This document shows positions 40,037-49,913 of a stretch of 64,000 bases of DNA, piece after piece. The stretch is from Desulfobacterales bacterium (GTDB lineage: Bacteria > Desulfobacterota > Desulfobacteria > Desulfobacterales > UBA5852). The position numbers and the translations under genes were made by a program. How positions within the stretch are numbered: position 1 is the stretch's first letter; every line of letters starts with the position of its first letter. The notes under the pieces were generated by a model. That model did no database searches. It saw only the letters and a program-made list of their open reading frames with translations, and was not told the DNA's origin. The stretch is from positions 2,016,001 to 2,080,000 of the forward strand of contig CAXXVS010000003.1 in the NCBI GenBank assembly GCA_963674755.2, given 5' to 3'.

Positions 40037-41416
40037 TCATTCCGCCGTCAGGTGCCGGATCCCGTCGATCAGGCGTGATTCGGGGGCCTCCTGGGGCATG
40101 GTATCCATGCGCAGGAGATCGGCCCGGGATTCGAGCAGACCGGAACGTTTGAGATAGCGCTCCACCTCGGTATCGCCCACGCTCCCGGTGCGCGCCACCA
40201 CGGTGAATCCCACCCGGCTGGCATAGCCCAGCATGGTCCTCAGTTCCGGAACGGTCTGGGTGCCCTGGGTATCCCAGTCGTCGCCGTCCGTTCCGTGGAA
40301 GACATAGATATTGTAGTCCGCGGCCAGATTCTCCCGGGCGACGATCTCGTTTACCAGGTGCAGGGCCGAGGCCACCTGGGTGCCCCCGGCCACGCTGGAG
40401 TTGTAATAGGTGTAAAAGTCGTCGACTTCACGGGCCTCCGTGTCGTGCAGGATAAAGCGCGATTCCACCTGGCGGGCATACTGGTAGAGCAGCCAGCTGT
40501 AGATCAGCACATGCTGGGTGACGACCACCTCGGTGGCCTTGCCTTCCATGGAGCCGGAATAGTCCCGCAGAAAAAAGACCATGGCCTGGGATTCCAGATC
40601 CTTTTCGGGCGAGAGGATGCGGTAGATCCGGTCCCGGGGTGAAATCAGGAAGGACGCCGGATCAATCCGGGTGGGATCGGGAATGTTGCCCAGGTGGATG
40701 TTGGTTTCGACGATCTGGCGCAGGGTGGCCTTTTTGTCGAGCAGTTGCCCCCGCCCGGCGTGGCGGTCGGTCAGCTGGTAGGTGTAGCGGGTAAGGGAGC
40801 GCTTTTTGCCCTTGTTCTTGAGATTGGGCAGGGCGAATTGCTCGGTCAGCACCCGGCCCAGATCGTAGGCGCTGGACTCCACTTCATGGTTGCCGCTCTC
40901 CCCCTGTCCCGGTCCGCTGCCGGCCCCGCTGCCGGACGGCCGCACCGGCTGCTCGCCGATCACCTCTCCGGGTTCGCCCTCGCCGGAGCCGCCCGAGGAG
41001 GGGGAGGCATCCGGCGGTTGATCGGAGGTGTCGTGGATGAACTTTTCCTCCACCGTGGTGGGCACCACGACCACCTTGTCCTTGCCGCGCAGGCCCGGCT
41101 TGATCATGCGGCCCACGCGGATTTTGCGGGGAAAGCCGTCCTTTTCCCGCTGGCGGTCGCGTTCCAGCAGCTCGTCGAGGGATTGCAGGCAGGTGGTATA
41201 ATTCGTCTGGGGGGCAACCATGGATTGCAATACGGAGAAGTCGTTGTCGTCGTAAAGGCCGTGCGGTCGCGGCCCCGCTGAGCGCCCGCCGGCCGGCGGT
41301 GCCGGGAGATGATGACGGCGCCGGTCGTTCTCTTCCCTTTGACGCGGCGGACTTTTCACGGACGGGTCGGGATTGCTTTCGGCCGAGCTGCGAATGTCGT
41401 CATCGCGGGTTGTCAT
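40037..41416 (-). CDS. yeaH: YeaH/YhbH (DUF444) vWA-like protein
   Basis: Gly-rich linker, LPNLKNKG, LDKKAT, MIDAS-like RDYSGSM, GGTQVAS, TDGDDW. Confidence 0.88.
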   Translation of the reverse strand: MTTRDDDIRSSAESNPDPSVKSPPRQREENDRRRHHLPAPPAGGRSAGPRPHGLYDDNDFSVLQSMVAPQTNYTTCLQSLDELLERDRQREKDGFPRKIRVGRMIKPGLRGKDKVVVVPTTVEEKFIHDTSDQPPDASPSSGGSGEGEPGEVIGEQPVRPSGSGAGSGPGQGESGNHEVESSAYDLGRVLTEQFALPNLKNKGKKRSLTRYTYQLTDRHAGRGQLLDKKATLRQIVETNIHLGNIPDPTRIDPASFLISPRDRIYRILSPEKDLESQAMVFFLRDYSGSMEGKATEVVVTQHVLIYSWLLYQYARQVESRFILHDTEAREVDDFYTYYNSSVAGGTQVASALHLVNEIVARENLAADYNIYVFHGTDGDDWDTQGTQTVPELRTMLGYASRVGFTVVARTGSVGDTEVERYLKRSGLLESRADLLRMDTMPQEAPESRLIDGIRHLTAE

Positions 41417-41469
41417 GGCCCTCTGCCCTCGTCTGTGGTCGTCCTGTTCCTAATCCTGTCTCATGGCGC

Positions 41470-43530
41470 TCAGTTCTCGTCTTCCTGGGTACAGAAGTAC
41501 TCGATGGTCTTCTGGGCGCAGGTGGTGCAATAGGACAGCTTGTGCAGCATGGTGTCGATCATGCGGTCGTAGAGCTTCTGGTTCTCTTCGTTGGTGCGGT
41601 TGGCCAGGGCGCCCACCAGACTGCCGGCCCCGGCGATGTCCGATTTAAGGCGCACGTCGGTCACGGCCTTGACCAGTTCAAGGTTGTCCATGAAGTCGTA
41701 GTCGGGCTGCACCGAAATTTTCTGGCCGTAGATCTTGCGGATGGAGGTCCGGAAAGATTCCCGCTGTTCGGCGGTCTTGAGTCCCAGGCGTTCCTCCACG
41801 CTGTTGATATAGCGCTCGTCGATTTTCATGGCCTTCAGCTCACCGGTCTGGGGGTCCTTGTATTTCCACATCTTGTCCGGCCCCAGGTTTTCGGCGTCGA
41901 TGCCGATGATCATGTTGACGTAGTTCATGACGTCCTTGCGGATGGCATGGGGCTCGTCCATGTAGGCGTTGAACATTTCCGTCATGATCCGTTCGCGGTA
42001 GAGCCCCCTGGCCAGCTTGAGGTCATCGAGGTATTTGCCCCGGTCGTTGGCCTCCGGCACGTAGTCCAGAATGATGCGCTCCAGGGCACGGAAGATGTCG
42101 TAGGCGAACATGCAGCGCCCCTCGTTGGTCTCCGAGCTTTCGATGAGCAGTTGGATGGCCCGGCCCAGATTACGCTGGCCCAGTCCCTTCTGGCCGAAAC
42201 GCCGCGTGATGTCCGGTTCCTGGTTGAGGGTGTCGATCACCTCCGAAAGGGTTTTGATGCTTTTTTCGCCGGCGATTTCGCCGGCGGCCAGCTTCAGGGT
42301 CTCCACCGGCGTCAGTTTCTCGGATTTGGGCAGCCTGGAGAGCACCGCGGCCACCGAGGCCGCGTAGTTCAGGTTGGGGTCCTGATGGAGTTCCTCCCGG
42401 CTCAGGGTGGTGCGGGCGCCGCTGCCGATGGCATAGCGGGTCAGGTCTTTCTGGAGCTTATAGTTGGTATTGTGGGAGACATAGGTAATGCGGCAGCGGT
42501 CCACGATGGGGGCTTCTTCCTTTTCGGCCAGGAAGCGGTTGAACTCGGCGTTGTTGCTGGTGGCGATGATCAGGGAGTCGATGGGCCACTTGAACCCGTC
42601 GATTTCGATGCTGCGGTTCTGGATGACCCCCAGGTAGACCTGGATGAGGTCTTTTTTGTTTTTGAACAATTCATCCACAAAGTGAATGCCGCCGCCCGCT
42701 ACCCGGGCCAGGGCACCGCGCCGCAGGTCGAAGCGATAGGGGTTGCCGGTATCGCTGATATGCAGCAGACGCTGGATGGATTCCTCCCCCAGAAGGTCCA
42801 CGGCGGACGAGGTGATCTTGTCCTTGGCCGGGTATTTGCCGGTGAGGGTGCCCAGGCTTTCGCTCATGGGAATGGGCATGACCTCGATGTGCTCGAGCAT
42901 CTTGACCAGCTGGCCGTCATGCAGGCGCCGGAAATCGTTCCAGATATATTCGCTGCAGGCGCCCAGGGGGCGGTAATTGGCAAATACCTCATCGACGAGG
43001 GCTTCCGGAAAGCCCAACTGCTCGTTCAGGACAGCGCGGCTGGCTTCGGGCGTTTCCGCCAGATTCATGGCCAGCACCATGGGGTCTTCATAGGTTTGGG
43101 ATTCCGCGGCCTGAATTTTGCCGTAGGTGCCGATGCGATCGAGGTGCAGAAAACGGAAGGTATAGCGGCGGTTCTCCGGACGGCTTACAAAGCGGCGGTA
43201 TTGCTCGCAGAGGAAGTCCACGAAATAGGTTTTCCCGTTGCCCGGCTCCCCCACGAGGACATAGGCCATCTCCTTGGAAGATCCCCCTTCGGCCGCATCT
43301 TTCACATAGGAGACGAAACTGTTGATTTCGTCGTACATACCCACCACCGGTTTGATGCCGGAGCGGAAGATGCCGTAGTCGTAGGTCGTCTTGCCGTTGA
43401 CGACCACTTTCTGGATCTCGTTGTCCAGGATCATGCGGGCCACCGACTGGAAGGCGTTCTCGAATCGGCGGTTTCCAGCCTGGAATTCTTCCAGATGGTG
43501 CTGAAGCGTCTGCGGGGCTGCGTTGGCCAT
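41470..43530 (-). CDS. prkA: PrkA/YeaG family AAA+ serine kinase-like protein
   Basis: Walker A GEPGNGKT, Walker B IHFVDE, ATSNNAE, PIVDR. Confidence 0.88.
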   Translation of the reverse strand: MANAAPQTLQHHLEEFQAGNRRFENAFQSVARMILDNEIQKVVVNGKTTYDYGIFRSGIKPVVGMYDEINSFVSYVKDAAEGGSSKEMAYVLVGEPGNGKTYFVDFLCEQYRRFVSRPENRRYTFRFLHLDRIGTYGKIQAAESQTYEDPMVLAMNLAETPEASRAVLNEQLGFPEALVDEVFANYRPLGACSEYIWNDFRRLHDGQLVKMLEHIEVMPIPMSESLGTLTGKYPAKDKITSSAVDLLGEESIQRLLHISDTGNPYRFDLRRGALARVAGGGIHFVDELFKNKKDLIQVYLGVIQNRSIEIDGFKWPIDSLIIATSNNAEFNRFLAEKEEAPIVDRCRITYVSHNTNYKLQKDLTRYAIGSGARTTLSREELHQDPNLNYAASVAAVLSRLPKSEKLTPVETLKLAAGEIAGEKSIKTLSEVIDTLNQEPDITRRFGQKGLGQRNLGRAIQLLIESSETNEGRCMFAYDIFRALERIILDYVPEANDRGKYLDDLKLARGLYRERIMTEMFNAYMDEPHAIRKDVMNYVNMIIGIDAENLGPDKMWKYKDPQTGELKAMKIDERYINSVEERLGLKTAEQRESFRTSIRKIYGQKISVQPDYDFMDNLELVKAVTDVRLKSDIAGAGSLVGALANRTNEENQKLYDRMIDTMLHKLSYCTTCAQKTIEYFCTQEDEN

Positions 43531-43850
43531 GTCGCCCTCCCGTAGGCCCGTGTTTTTCAGACGGGTCGAATGAAAGGTTGGGGTTCCGGGGCGATGGTTG
43601 TTCAGAGGTGTCAGGTGCTGCGGCGGAGAGCATCAGACCAGCGGGGAGGATGGCATCGTACTCGGGTTCGTTGTCCGTCGCCCTACTCAATATAAGGGCT
43701 GCGGCAGGCATGGCAATGCAACAGCGTGCCGGGGCCGACGGCGGGTGGCCTGCGTGGCGGCCCTTAAGACGGACGTTCGTTGGGAGCGACCGGAGGGATG
43801 CTTGGGTGGCGGTCGCTTCAGCGGCCGGCCTATCGGTTGTGGATCAGGGC

Positions 43851-44090
43851 TTAGCGCAGTCCCGGATCCCAGGGCGCTTCGGTGGTATCGTTATGGGCAG
43901 CCATATTGAGATAGGTTGCCATGGTGTTGGCTATCTTTTCCTTGGCGGCCGGGTCGCCCGAGAATTCGATGCGGCGGTTGCCGTTTTGAAAATCGATGGT
44001 CATGGAACAGTCGTATTTCTGCGCCGTGGCTTTGGCGATGCGTGCCAGAATTTCCAGATTGGTTTCTTCACGATTGATCTTGATGGGCAT
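43851..44090 (-). CDS. Small hypothetical protein (79 aa)
   Basis: GGAGG upstream, protein-like composition, sigma-54 motif about 55 nt upstream. Confidence 0.7.
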   Translation of the reverse strand: MPIKINREETNLEILARIAKATAQKYDCSMTIDFQNGNRRIEFSGDPAAKEKIANTMATYLNMAAHNDTTEAPWDPGLR

Positions 44091-44142
44091 GGTGGATTCA
44101 GCCTCCTGTCATCAGGTTCGCCCTGGATTAGCCCGTAGTATT

Positions 44143-44158
44143 AGCAAGAGCCATGCCG
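44143..44158 (-). promoter_or_regulatory. Sigma-54 (-24/-12) promoter
   Basis: Minus strand CGGCATGGCTCTTGCT = GG-N10-GC with TTGCT. Confidence 0.65.
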
Positions 44159-44612
44159 CAATGATCGCTATAAGGAGGTTATCCTCCGCCTGCCTGGCGC
44201 ACGGGCGATTCCGGCGGGATCGGCCGGCGGGTTGCCGATGGTGGTCCCCCGCCGTCTGAATGAGCGTCCGGGAATTGTAAACGTGTCTTCGGCAAGCGTC
44301 AGGCAATTGACGTCCGGCAACGCATATGGCTTGTTGTCCGCGACGTGATCATCCCCGTATGGCCATCGTGACAATGGTAGCTATGGACAATATTGTGTTT
44401 TGAGGGGGATTAAAAAACAAAATTGTATTTTTAAAAAACAGCCACCGAAGATGTTGCCGGCGGGGGATTGTACCCATCGCGGAACAAGGGACGACGATTG
44501 CATTGCGGGGCGTTATACCGTATGAAAGGGCGTGAATTTGGCCCCGGAGGGCTGTTTTGCGGTCCGCCTTCCAGAGCGCAATCCGAGGCCTTGAACCCCT
44601 TTCAACCTTTGG

Positions 44613-44831
44613 GTGAGGATTGATGTGGACCAGCTGGCATTATTCGCTGTGCAAAACAAACCGCGTGCGGCGGGCCGTGAAGATGCGGTGACCATTCGTT
44701 CCGGGCAGGTCGGGGCGATCCGCTTTGGGGCCACCGAGACGTCCTATGCCCTGACCCGCAGCGTGCTCAGCGCGCTGGCCGCCGCCCCCACCGATGCAGA
44801 GGTTGGCGCTCCCCAGGCAGAATCTTCCTGA
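44613..44831 (+). CDS. Possible small hypothetical protein
   Basis: Only the GC-ending codon bias in its 3' half and a convergent fit with the next gene; no recognisable motif. Confidence 0.3.
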   Translation: MRIDVDQLALFAVQNKPRAAGREDAVTIRSGQVGAIRFGATETSYALTRSVLSALAAAPTDAEVGAPQAESS

Positions 44832-44839
44832 CGTTCCTA

Positions 44840-46072
44840 TCATGCCGCAGCATTAATGATGCCGCAGTCCTGCAAGGCCCTTTGGAGCTGTCGCAGCCGT
44901 TCCTCCAGATTGCCGGTAATGCCCACCGACATGCGCAGCAGACCGGGGGAAAGGCCCATGCGGCCCTGTTCCTCGGCATCGATTTCCGACGAGGTGGAGG
45001 CCCCGGAGCAGGACATGAGCGTATCGAAGTAGCCCAGTGATACGGCCATGAATCCGAACCGCTCCGTGTTCTGCAGCCGGTCCATGAGGGCTTCGGCTGT
45101 GGCCTGGGTGCCGCAGTCGATGGTCAGCATGCCGCCGTAGCCATAACCGTCATTCACGATTTCACGCATCCGGGAGTGCTGGGGGAAAGCGGGCAGGCCC
45201 GGGTAGGTGACCGTTACCCCCCAGGCCTTGAGATGCTCGGCCACGACCATGGCCCGCCGTCCGTGCTCCCGCATCCGAACGGCCAGATGGGGGATGCGCT
45301 GGATGATGTCGAAGGCGGCGCGAGGATCAAGGGTGGGCCCCAGCAGCATGGCCCGGCCGGTATGCAGGTTCATCAGCTCATGGATGAAGGCCCGGCGGGC
45401 GCAAATTGCTCCGGCCAGCAGATCGCTGGCGCCGTTGATGAATTTGGTCATGGAGTAGACCACCACGTCGGCGCCCAGGACCGCCGGTGAGATGAGCATG
45501 GGCGTGAAGGTGTTGTCCACCACGAGGGCCGCGCCGGCCTGATGCGCCCTGGCGGCGATTTGCGGAATGTCGGCCAGGATCAGGGTCGGATTGCCCACGG
45601 TTTCCGTGTACCAGACTTTGGTGGCGGGGCGCGTGGCCGCCTCGAAATGCTCCGGCCGGGTGGGGTCGACGAAGGTGGCATCGATGCCCCACTGGGGCAG
45701 GAGATCGGCCAGCAGGGCATGGGTGCCGCCGTAGATGGTGCGGCTGGCCACGATGTGATCGCCCTGCCGGCATAGCTGCAGGAGCGTGCAGGCGATGGCG
45801 GCCATGCCGCTGGCCGTGCAGATGGCGTATTCCGTGCCCTCCATGGCCGCCAGATAGCGCGCCAGGACATCGACCGTGGGGTTGAAATGGCGGCTGTAGA
45901 GATAGCAGCCCCCCTGTTCCGGGCTGCGGATGCCCTTGAATATTTCCGGCATGGTTTCCGGGGTCATGACGGTAAACGTCGACGAGCGGGAAATGGAGGG
46001 GCAAACCCCGCCGTGCTCCCCGAACTCCCGGCGAATCCGGGCAATGGCCTCTTCAGGGTCGAAGTGTTCCAT
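44840..46072 (-). CDS. PLP-dependent Cys/Met-metabolism enzyme, methionine gamma-lyase-like
   Basis: EFGEHGGV, YLYSRHFNPT, ASGMAAI, IYGGT, DNTF, SMTKFING (PLP Lys), AVSLGYFDTLM. Confidence 0.88.
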   Translation of the reverse strand: MEHFDPEEAIARIRREFGEHGGVCPSISRSSTFTVMTPETMPEIFKGIRSPEQGGCYLYSRHFNPTVDVLARYLAAMEGTEYAICTASGMAAIACTLLQLCRQGDHIVASRTIYGGTHALLADLLPQWGIDATFVDPTRPEHFEAATRPATKVWYTETVGNPTLILADIPQIAARAHQAGAALVVDNTFTPMLISPAVLGADVVVYSMTKFINGASDLLAGAICARRAFIHELMNLHTGRAMLLGPTLDPRAAFDIIQRIPHLAVRMREHGRRAMVVAEHLKAWGVTVTYPGLPAFPQHSRMREIVNDGYGYGGMLTIDCGTQATAEALMDRLQNTERFGFMAVSLGYFDTLMSCSGASTSSEIDAEEQGRMGLSPGLLRMSVGITGNLEERLRQLQRALQDCGIINAAA

Positions 46073-46189
46073 GGTTCCTCTCCTCCAGGGGGTGACATCA
46101 TGCGATTAAGACTGAATATGGTACTTCAGGTCGTGCCGCTCCTCCGTCGCCCCGGCAACAGGTACGGGGAGCGGGCTGGGGGCGCATCT

Positions 46190-48313
46190 TCAGGAAGGGC
46201 TGTCCAGCACCTTGCGCATGGTTTTCGCCAGATCGCTCATGACGATCGGTTTGAGGATGAAGGCCTGGATGCCAAGGCGCTTGGCCGCTTCTTCCGTGAT
46301 GGTTTCGCTGAATCCCGTGCACAGGATAATGGGCAGCTGCGGGTTGATCTTCAACAGCTCGACGGCCAGCTCCTTGCCGGTCATGCGGGGCATGGTCATG
46401 TCGGTGATCACCAGGTCGAAGGCGGCGGGATCCCGCTGAAAATGCTGCAACGCCTCGAGACTGCTCGTGCAGGCCGTCACCTGATAGCCCAGCCGCTGCA
46501 AAATCTGTCCGCTCATGTCCACCAGCATGGTTTCGTCGTCCACGAAGAGGACCCGTTCGGTACCCGAGGGCAGGGGTAATGGGTCCGGAGGCGTGTTGGC
46601 GGTGCGGCGCCGGACCTTGGGCAGGTAGATGCGAAAGGTGGTCCCCTCCCCGGGCCGGCTTGCCACATCGATGGATCCACCGTGGCTTTTGATGATGCCG
46701 TGGGCCACCGAGAGGCCCATGCCCGTACCCTCGGTGTGTTCCTTGGTGGTGAAAAACGGGTCGAAGATGCGGTCGATAATGGTGGGGGGGATGCCGTGGC
46801 CGGTATCTTCTACGGTGAGCAGCAGATAGGCATCGGCCGCCAACCCCGTCAGCCGTCGTTCCTGGATTTCGTCTTCATCGGCGTCACGCAGGGCAACGGT
46901 CAGCCGGCCGCCGCGATCGCGCATGGCGTGGCCGGCGTTCGTGCAAAGGTTCATCAGCACCTGGTGCATCTGGGTGGGGTCGCCCATGATAAAGGCGTCG
47001 GACTGGATGTCCGTGTGGATTGCGATGGTCGTGGGCAGGGAGGCCCGCAGCAGTTCGCAGGCTTCCTGAATGATGCGGTCCAGTTGGACCGGCCGCATCT
47101 CATGCTCGCTCTGCCGGCTGAAGGCCAGAATCTGCTGCACCAGGTGTTTGGCGCGCAGGCCGGCTTGCAGCACCTGTTCCATGTTGTGGCTGAGAAACGA
47201 ATCCGGGGGGGCATCTTCCATGGCCATTTCGGTAAATCCGATCACGGCGGAAAGGATGTTGTTGAAATCGTGCGCAATACCGCCGGCCAGGGTGCCCACG
47301 GCCTCCATCTTCTGGGCCTGGCGCAGTTGACGGCCCAGGGCTTTTTTCTCCTCCTCGGCCTCCATGCGTTCGGTCAGGTCGTACACCGAAATAAAGACCT
47401 TCTCCCAGCTGTCTTCGTAGCCGGGCGGAATGGAGGATTTGATCAGCAGGTGGCGGTCGTTCCCTTTCAGGGTCCGGTTGACGCACTCGATCTCAAACCG
47501 CCCCTCCTGGGCCATGGCCACCAGTTCCTGCTTCAGCACGCTATGGGCGGTTTGGGGCAGAATCCGGTGGATGTTGGCCAGGAGTTCTTCCTTGCTGCCG
47601 GCTTCATACAGGGCCAGGGTCACCCGGTTGACATCCAGGATGCGGATCATACGAATGCAGCGGGAGATCTCCTCCGGGTGGTCGCTGAAATAGCGTGTAA
47701 AATTGTCGACACCATCCGCCTTGAGACGATCGAAATGGCGTTTCAGGCGGCTGAAATTTTCCTCCCAGAGCGAGATCGGCGAGTCCTCAAACAAGGCCCG
47801 GTAGCGCAGCTCGCTGCGCTTGAGATTTTCCTCGGCCCGCAGGCGGGCACTGATGTCGCGCCCCACGATCAGGCCGAGGGCCGTGTTCTTCAACTGGGCT
47901 TTTTGGATCGAAATGTCTACCCTGGTTCGGCGACCGCTACGATCGTGGCAGAAGGTGACCGACGGCGCGGCGGGGCGCTGTTCTTCGGACGGCGGTCGGG
48001 AGTGAAAGGGGAAATCGGCAAAGAGATCCTGCTGGGGGAAGATGTCCGTCACCGACAGGCGCGTGAGGACCTCGAAGGAATAGCCGGACTGGGCGACCGC
48101 GCTGCGGTTAGCGTCCTGGATGCGGCCGTCGTTGGCATCGAACAGGAAAACCATGTCGCTGGCCTGGTCCAGCAGAAAACGGAAGCGTTCCAGCTCCTCG
48201 AGCCGCCGCTGCAGCTGGGGGTAGTAGCTTTTGCGTACAGTGCGTTCCCCGAGGCCGATGATCCGCTGGCGGGTCAATCGGTATTGGAGATCGCGGTCAG
48301 AGGGCTTGGGCAT
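46190..48313 (-). CDS. PAS-containing hybrid sensor histidine kinase, ErcS-like N-terminus
   Basis: IIGLGERTVRKSYYPQL N-terminus, two PAS domains, AHDFNNIL H-box, FDPFFTTK, GTGMGL, C-terminal receiver (VDDE, TDMTMP, KP). Confidence 0.92.
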   Translation of the reverse strand: MPKPSDRDLQYRLTRQRIIGLGERTVRKSYYPQLQRRLEELERFRFLLDQASDMVFLFDANDGRIQDANRSAVAQSGYSFEVLTRLSVTDIFPQQDLFADFPFHSRPPSEEQRPAAPSVTFCHDRSGRRTRVDISIQKAQLKNTALGLIVGRDISARLRAEENLKRSELRYRALFEDSPISLWEENFSRLKRHFDRLKADGVDNFTRYFSDHPEEISRCIRMIRILDVNRVTLALYEAGSKEELLANIHRILPQTAHSVLKQELVAMAQEGRFEIECVNRTLKGNDRHLLIKSSIPPGYEDSWEKVFISVYDLTERMEAEEEKKALGRQLRQAQKMEAVGTLAGGIAHDFNNILSAVIGFTEMAMEDAPPDSFLSHNMEQVLQAGLRAKHLVQQILAFSRQSEHEMRPVQLDRIIQEACELLRASLPTTIAIHTDIQSDAFIMGDPTQMHQVLMNLCTNAGHAMRDRGGRLTVALRDADEDEIQERRLTGLAADAYLLLTVEDTGHGIPPTIIDRIFDPFFTTKEHTEGTGMGLSVAHGIIKSHGGSIDVASRPGEGTTFRIYLPKVRRRTANTPPDPLPLPSGTERVLFVDDETMLVDMSGQILQRLGYQVTACTSSLEALQHFQRDPAAFDLVITDMTMPRMTGKELAVELLKINPQLPIILCTGFSETITEEAAKRLGIQAFILKPIVMSDLAKTMRKVLDSPS

Positions 48314-49448
48314 AGACCGTCTCGATGTCGCTGATGGTGGGTGCAACGGGATTGGTCGCCATGCAGGGGTCGTCGACGGCAAGTCGCGCCAGCTGGGGGA
48401 TGTCTTCCCTGCGAATCCCCCGATCCCGGAGACGCGCGGTAATGCCGATGCAATGTCTAAACCCGGTCAGGGACGCGATGATCGTCTCGCAGGCCGCTTC
48501 ACTGGACAGGCCTTCCAGCGAAACCCCCAGGCTGTCGGCCAAGGCGGCGTAGCGCTGGCCGGATTGGGGCCAGTTAAACCGCATCACATGGTCGACCAAT
48601 AGGCTGTTGCACTCTCCGTGGGGCAGGTCGAACAACCCGCCGATGCTGTGCGCCATGGCGTGCACGGCGCCCAAACTGGCGTTGGAAAAGGCCAGGCCCG
48701 CGGCCAGGCTGCCGAACATGACCTGCCGGCGCGCTGCCATGTCGCGGGGGTGTTCGACGACTTGCGGCAGGTAGCGGAAGATGCGGCGGACGGCTTCACG
48801 GGCATGCAGGTCGGTCATCTCCGAGGCGGCATTGGAGACCAGGGCTTCCAGAGCGTGTACCAGGGCATCCATGCCTGTGCAGGCTGTCAGATAGGCATCC
48901 ATGGTGACGGTGGGCTCCGGATCCACCAGGGCCACATCGGGCACCACGCTTTTGCTGAGGATAGCGATTTTGCGTTTTTCAAAGCGGTTGCTGAGGATGG
49001 CGAATTGGGACACATCGGAGGATGTCCCGGCCGTAGTCGGGATGCAGATCAGCGGCGGACCGGGATCGTCCACCCGGTCGACACCCTCGAACTCCAGGAC
49101 ATGGCGACGGTTGGTATGGACGATGCCGATGGCCTTGGCGCAATCCATGGGGCTGCCCCCGCCCACCGCCAGAATAACATCGCACCCTTCCCGCTCGTAA
49201 CGTTCCGCGCCGGCCATGACCTCCTCGGCCCGCGGGTTGGGGCTGACCTCGGTGAACATCGCCCACTCGAGGGCGGCGGCCTCGAGGCAGCGGAGGACGG
49301 CCTGGGCCCAGCCGGCCTGGACGACACCCGGGTCTGATACCAGAAATACCTTGCTGGCGCCGAGGTTACGGGCATAGCGGCCCGCCAGCTGCAAGGCGCC
49401 GGACCCGAAAACGATTTCCGGCGCCACGAATTTACGCAAATTTTCCAT
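48297..49448 (-). CDS. ercA: Iron-containing alcohol dehydrogenase-like regulatory protein (ErcA-like)
   Basis: LRKFVAPEIVFG, GGGSPMDCAK, PTTAGT, GMDALVHALE, HAMAH, HGECN; overlaps the kinase start. Confidence 0.85.
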   Translation of the reverse strand: MENLRKFVAPEIVFGSGALQLAGRYARNLGASKVFLVSDPGVVQAGWAQAVLRCLEAAALEWAMFTEVSPNPRAEEVMAGAERYEREGCDVILAVGGGSPMDCAKAIGIVHTNRRHVLEFEGVDRVDDPGPPLICIPTTAGTSSDVSQFAILSNRFEKRKIAILSKSVVPDVALVDPEPTVTMDAYLTACTGMDALVHALEALVSNAASEMTDLHAREAVRRIFRYLPQVVEHPRDMAARRQVMFGSLAAGLAFSNASLGAVHAMAHSIGGLFDLPHGECNSLLVDHVMRFNWPQSGQRYAALADSLGVSLEGLSSEAACETIIASLTGFRHCIGITARLRDRGIRREDIPQLARLAVDDPCMATNPVAPTISDIETVYAQAL

Positions 49449-49739
49449 TTCCGAAATCCATTGGGGCGTCCTGCAGGGAGGCCGGCCCGGAAGGAGGGGG
49501 ACACGCTGTTGCCGCAGGCCGCCATTCCGTTTTTCATCGGATGCTAATGCCACCCTAATGAGCAAGCGGTCAAATGTCAATCGGGCGGGCGCGGATCCGG
49601 CCGGCCGCGCAGCGTGTGGTGGGCTTAGGGAGGGTACGATCTAACCGGGGGAACAATTCTTGGCCGCAACGGCTTGACTTTGGCCAACTATTCATTACTT
49701 TTTTATATAACTTGGCGATCTTTATCGAAAGGATGATTT

Positions 49740-49913
49740 ATGGATACACAGTCTAATCTCGGTAAACGGGTTAAGTTTACGGTCGACGCTTTCTGGATCG
49801 GTTTGGTGGAAGGCACCGTCGTCAAAGAGTTCAAGAACGGTAAAGTGGCCGTCAAAGTGGATCGGCCCAACAAAGTATTTCATGTCAAGGGCAGTGATGT
49901 CACACACATATGA
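49740..49913 (+). CDS. 57-aa beta-rich small protein absent from the ORF track
   Basis: AAAGGA RBS; MDTQSNLGKRVKFTVDAFWIGLVEGTVVKEFKNGKVAVKVDRPNKVFHVKGSDVTHI; TGA overlaps the ATG of the next gene (ATGA). Confidence 0.75.
   Translation: MDTQSNLGKRVKFTVDAFWIGLVEGTVVKEFKNGKVAVKVDRPNKVFHVKGSDVTHI

Noticed and set aside
41299..43545. Long antisense ORFs (this one and e.g. 13712-15325, 46682-48334, 58568-60646, 100-1125)
   Set aside because: Shadow frames of real genes in GC-rich DNA; no motifs of their own.
43716..43732. Sigma-54-like CGGCACGCTGTTGCA upstream of prkA
   Set aside because: GG-to-GC spacing is 9 nt rather than the required 10.
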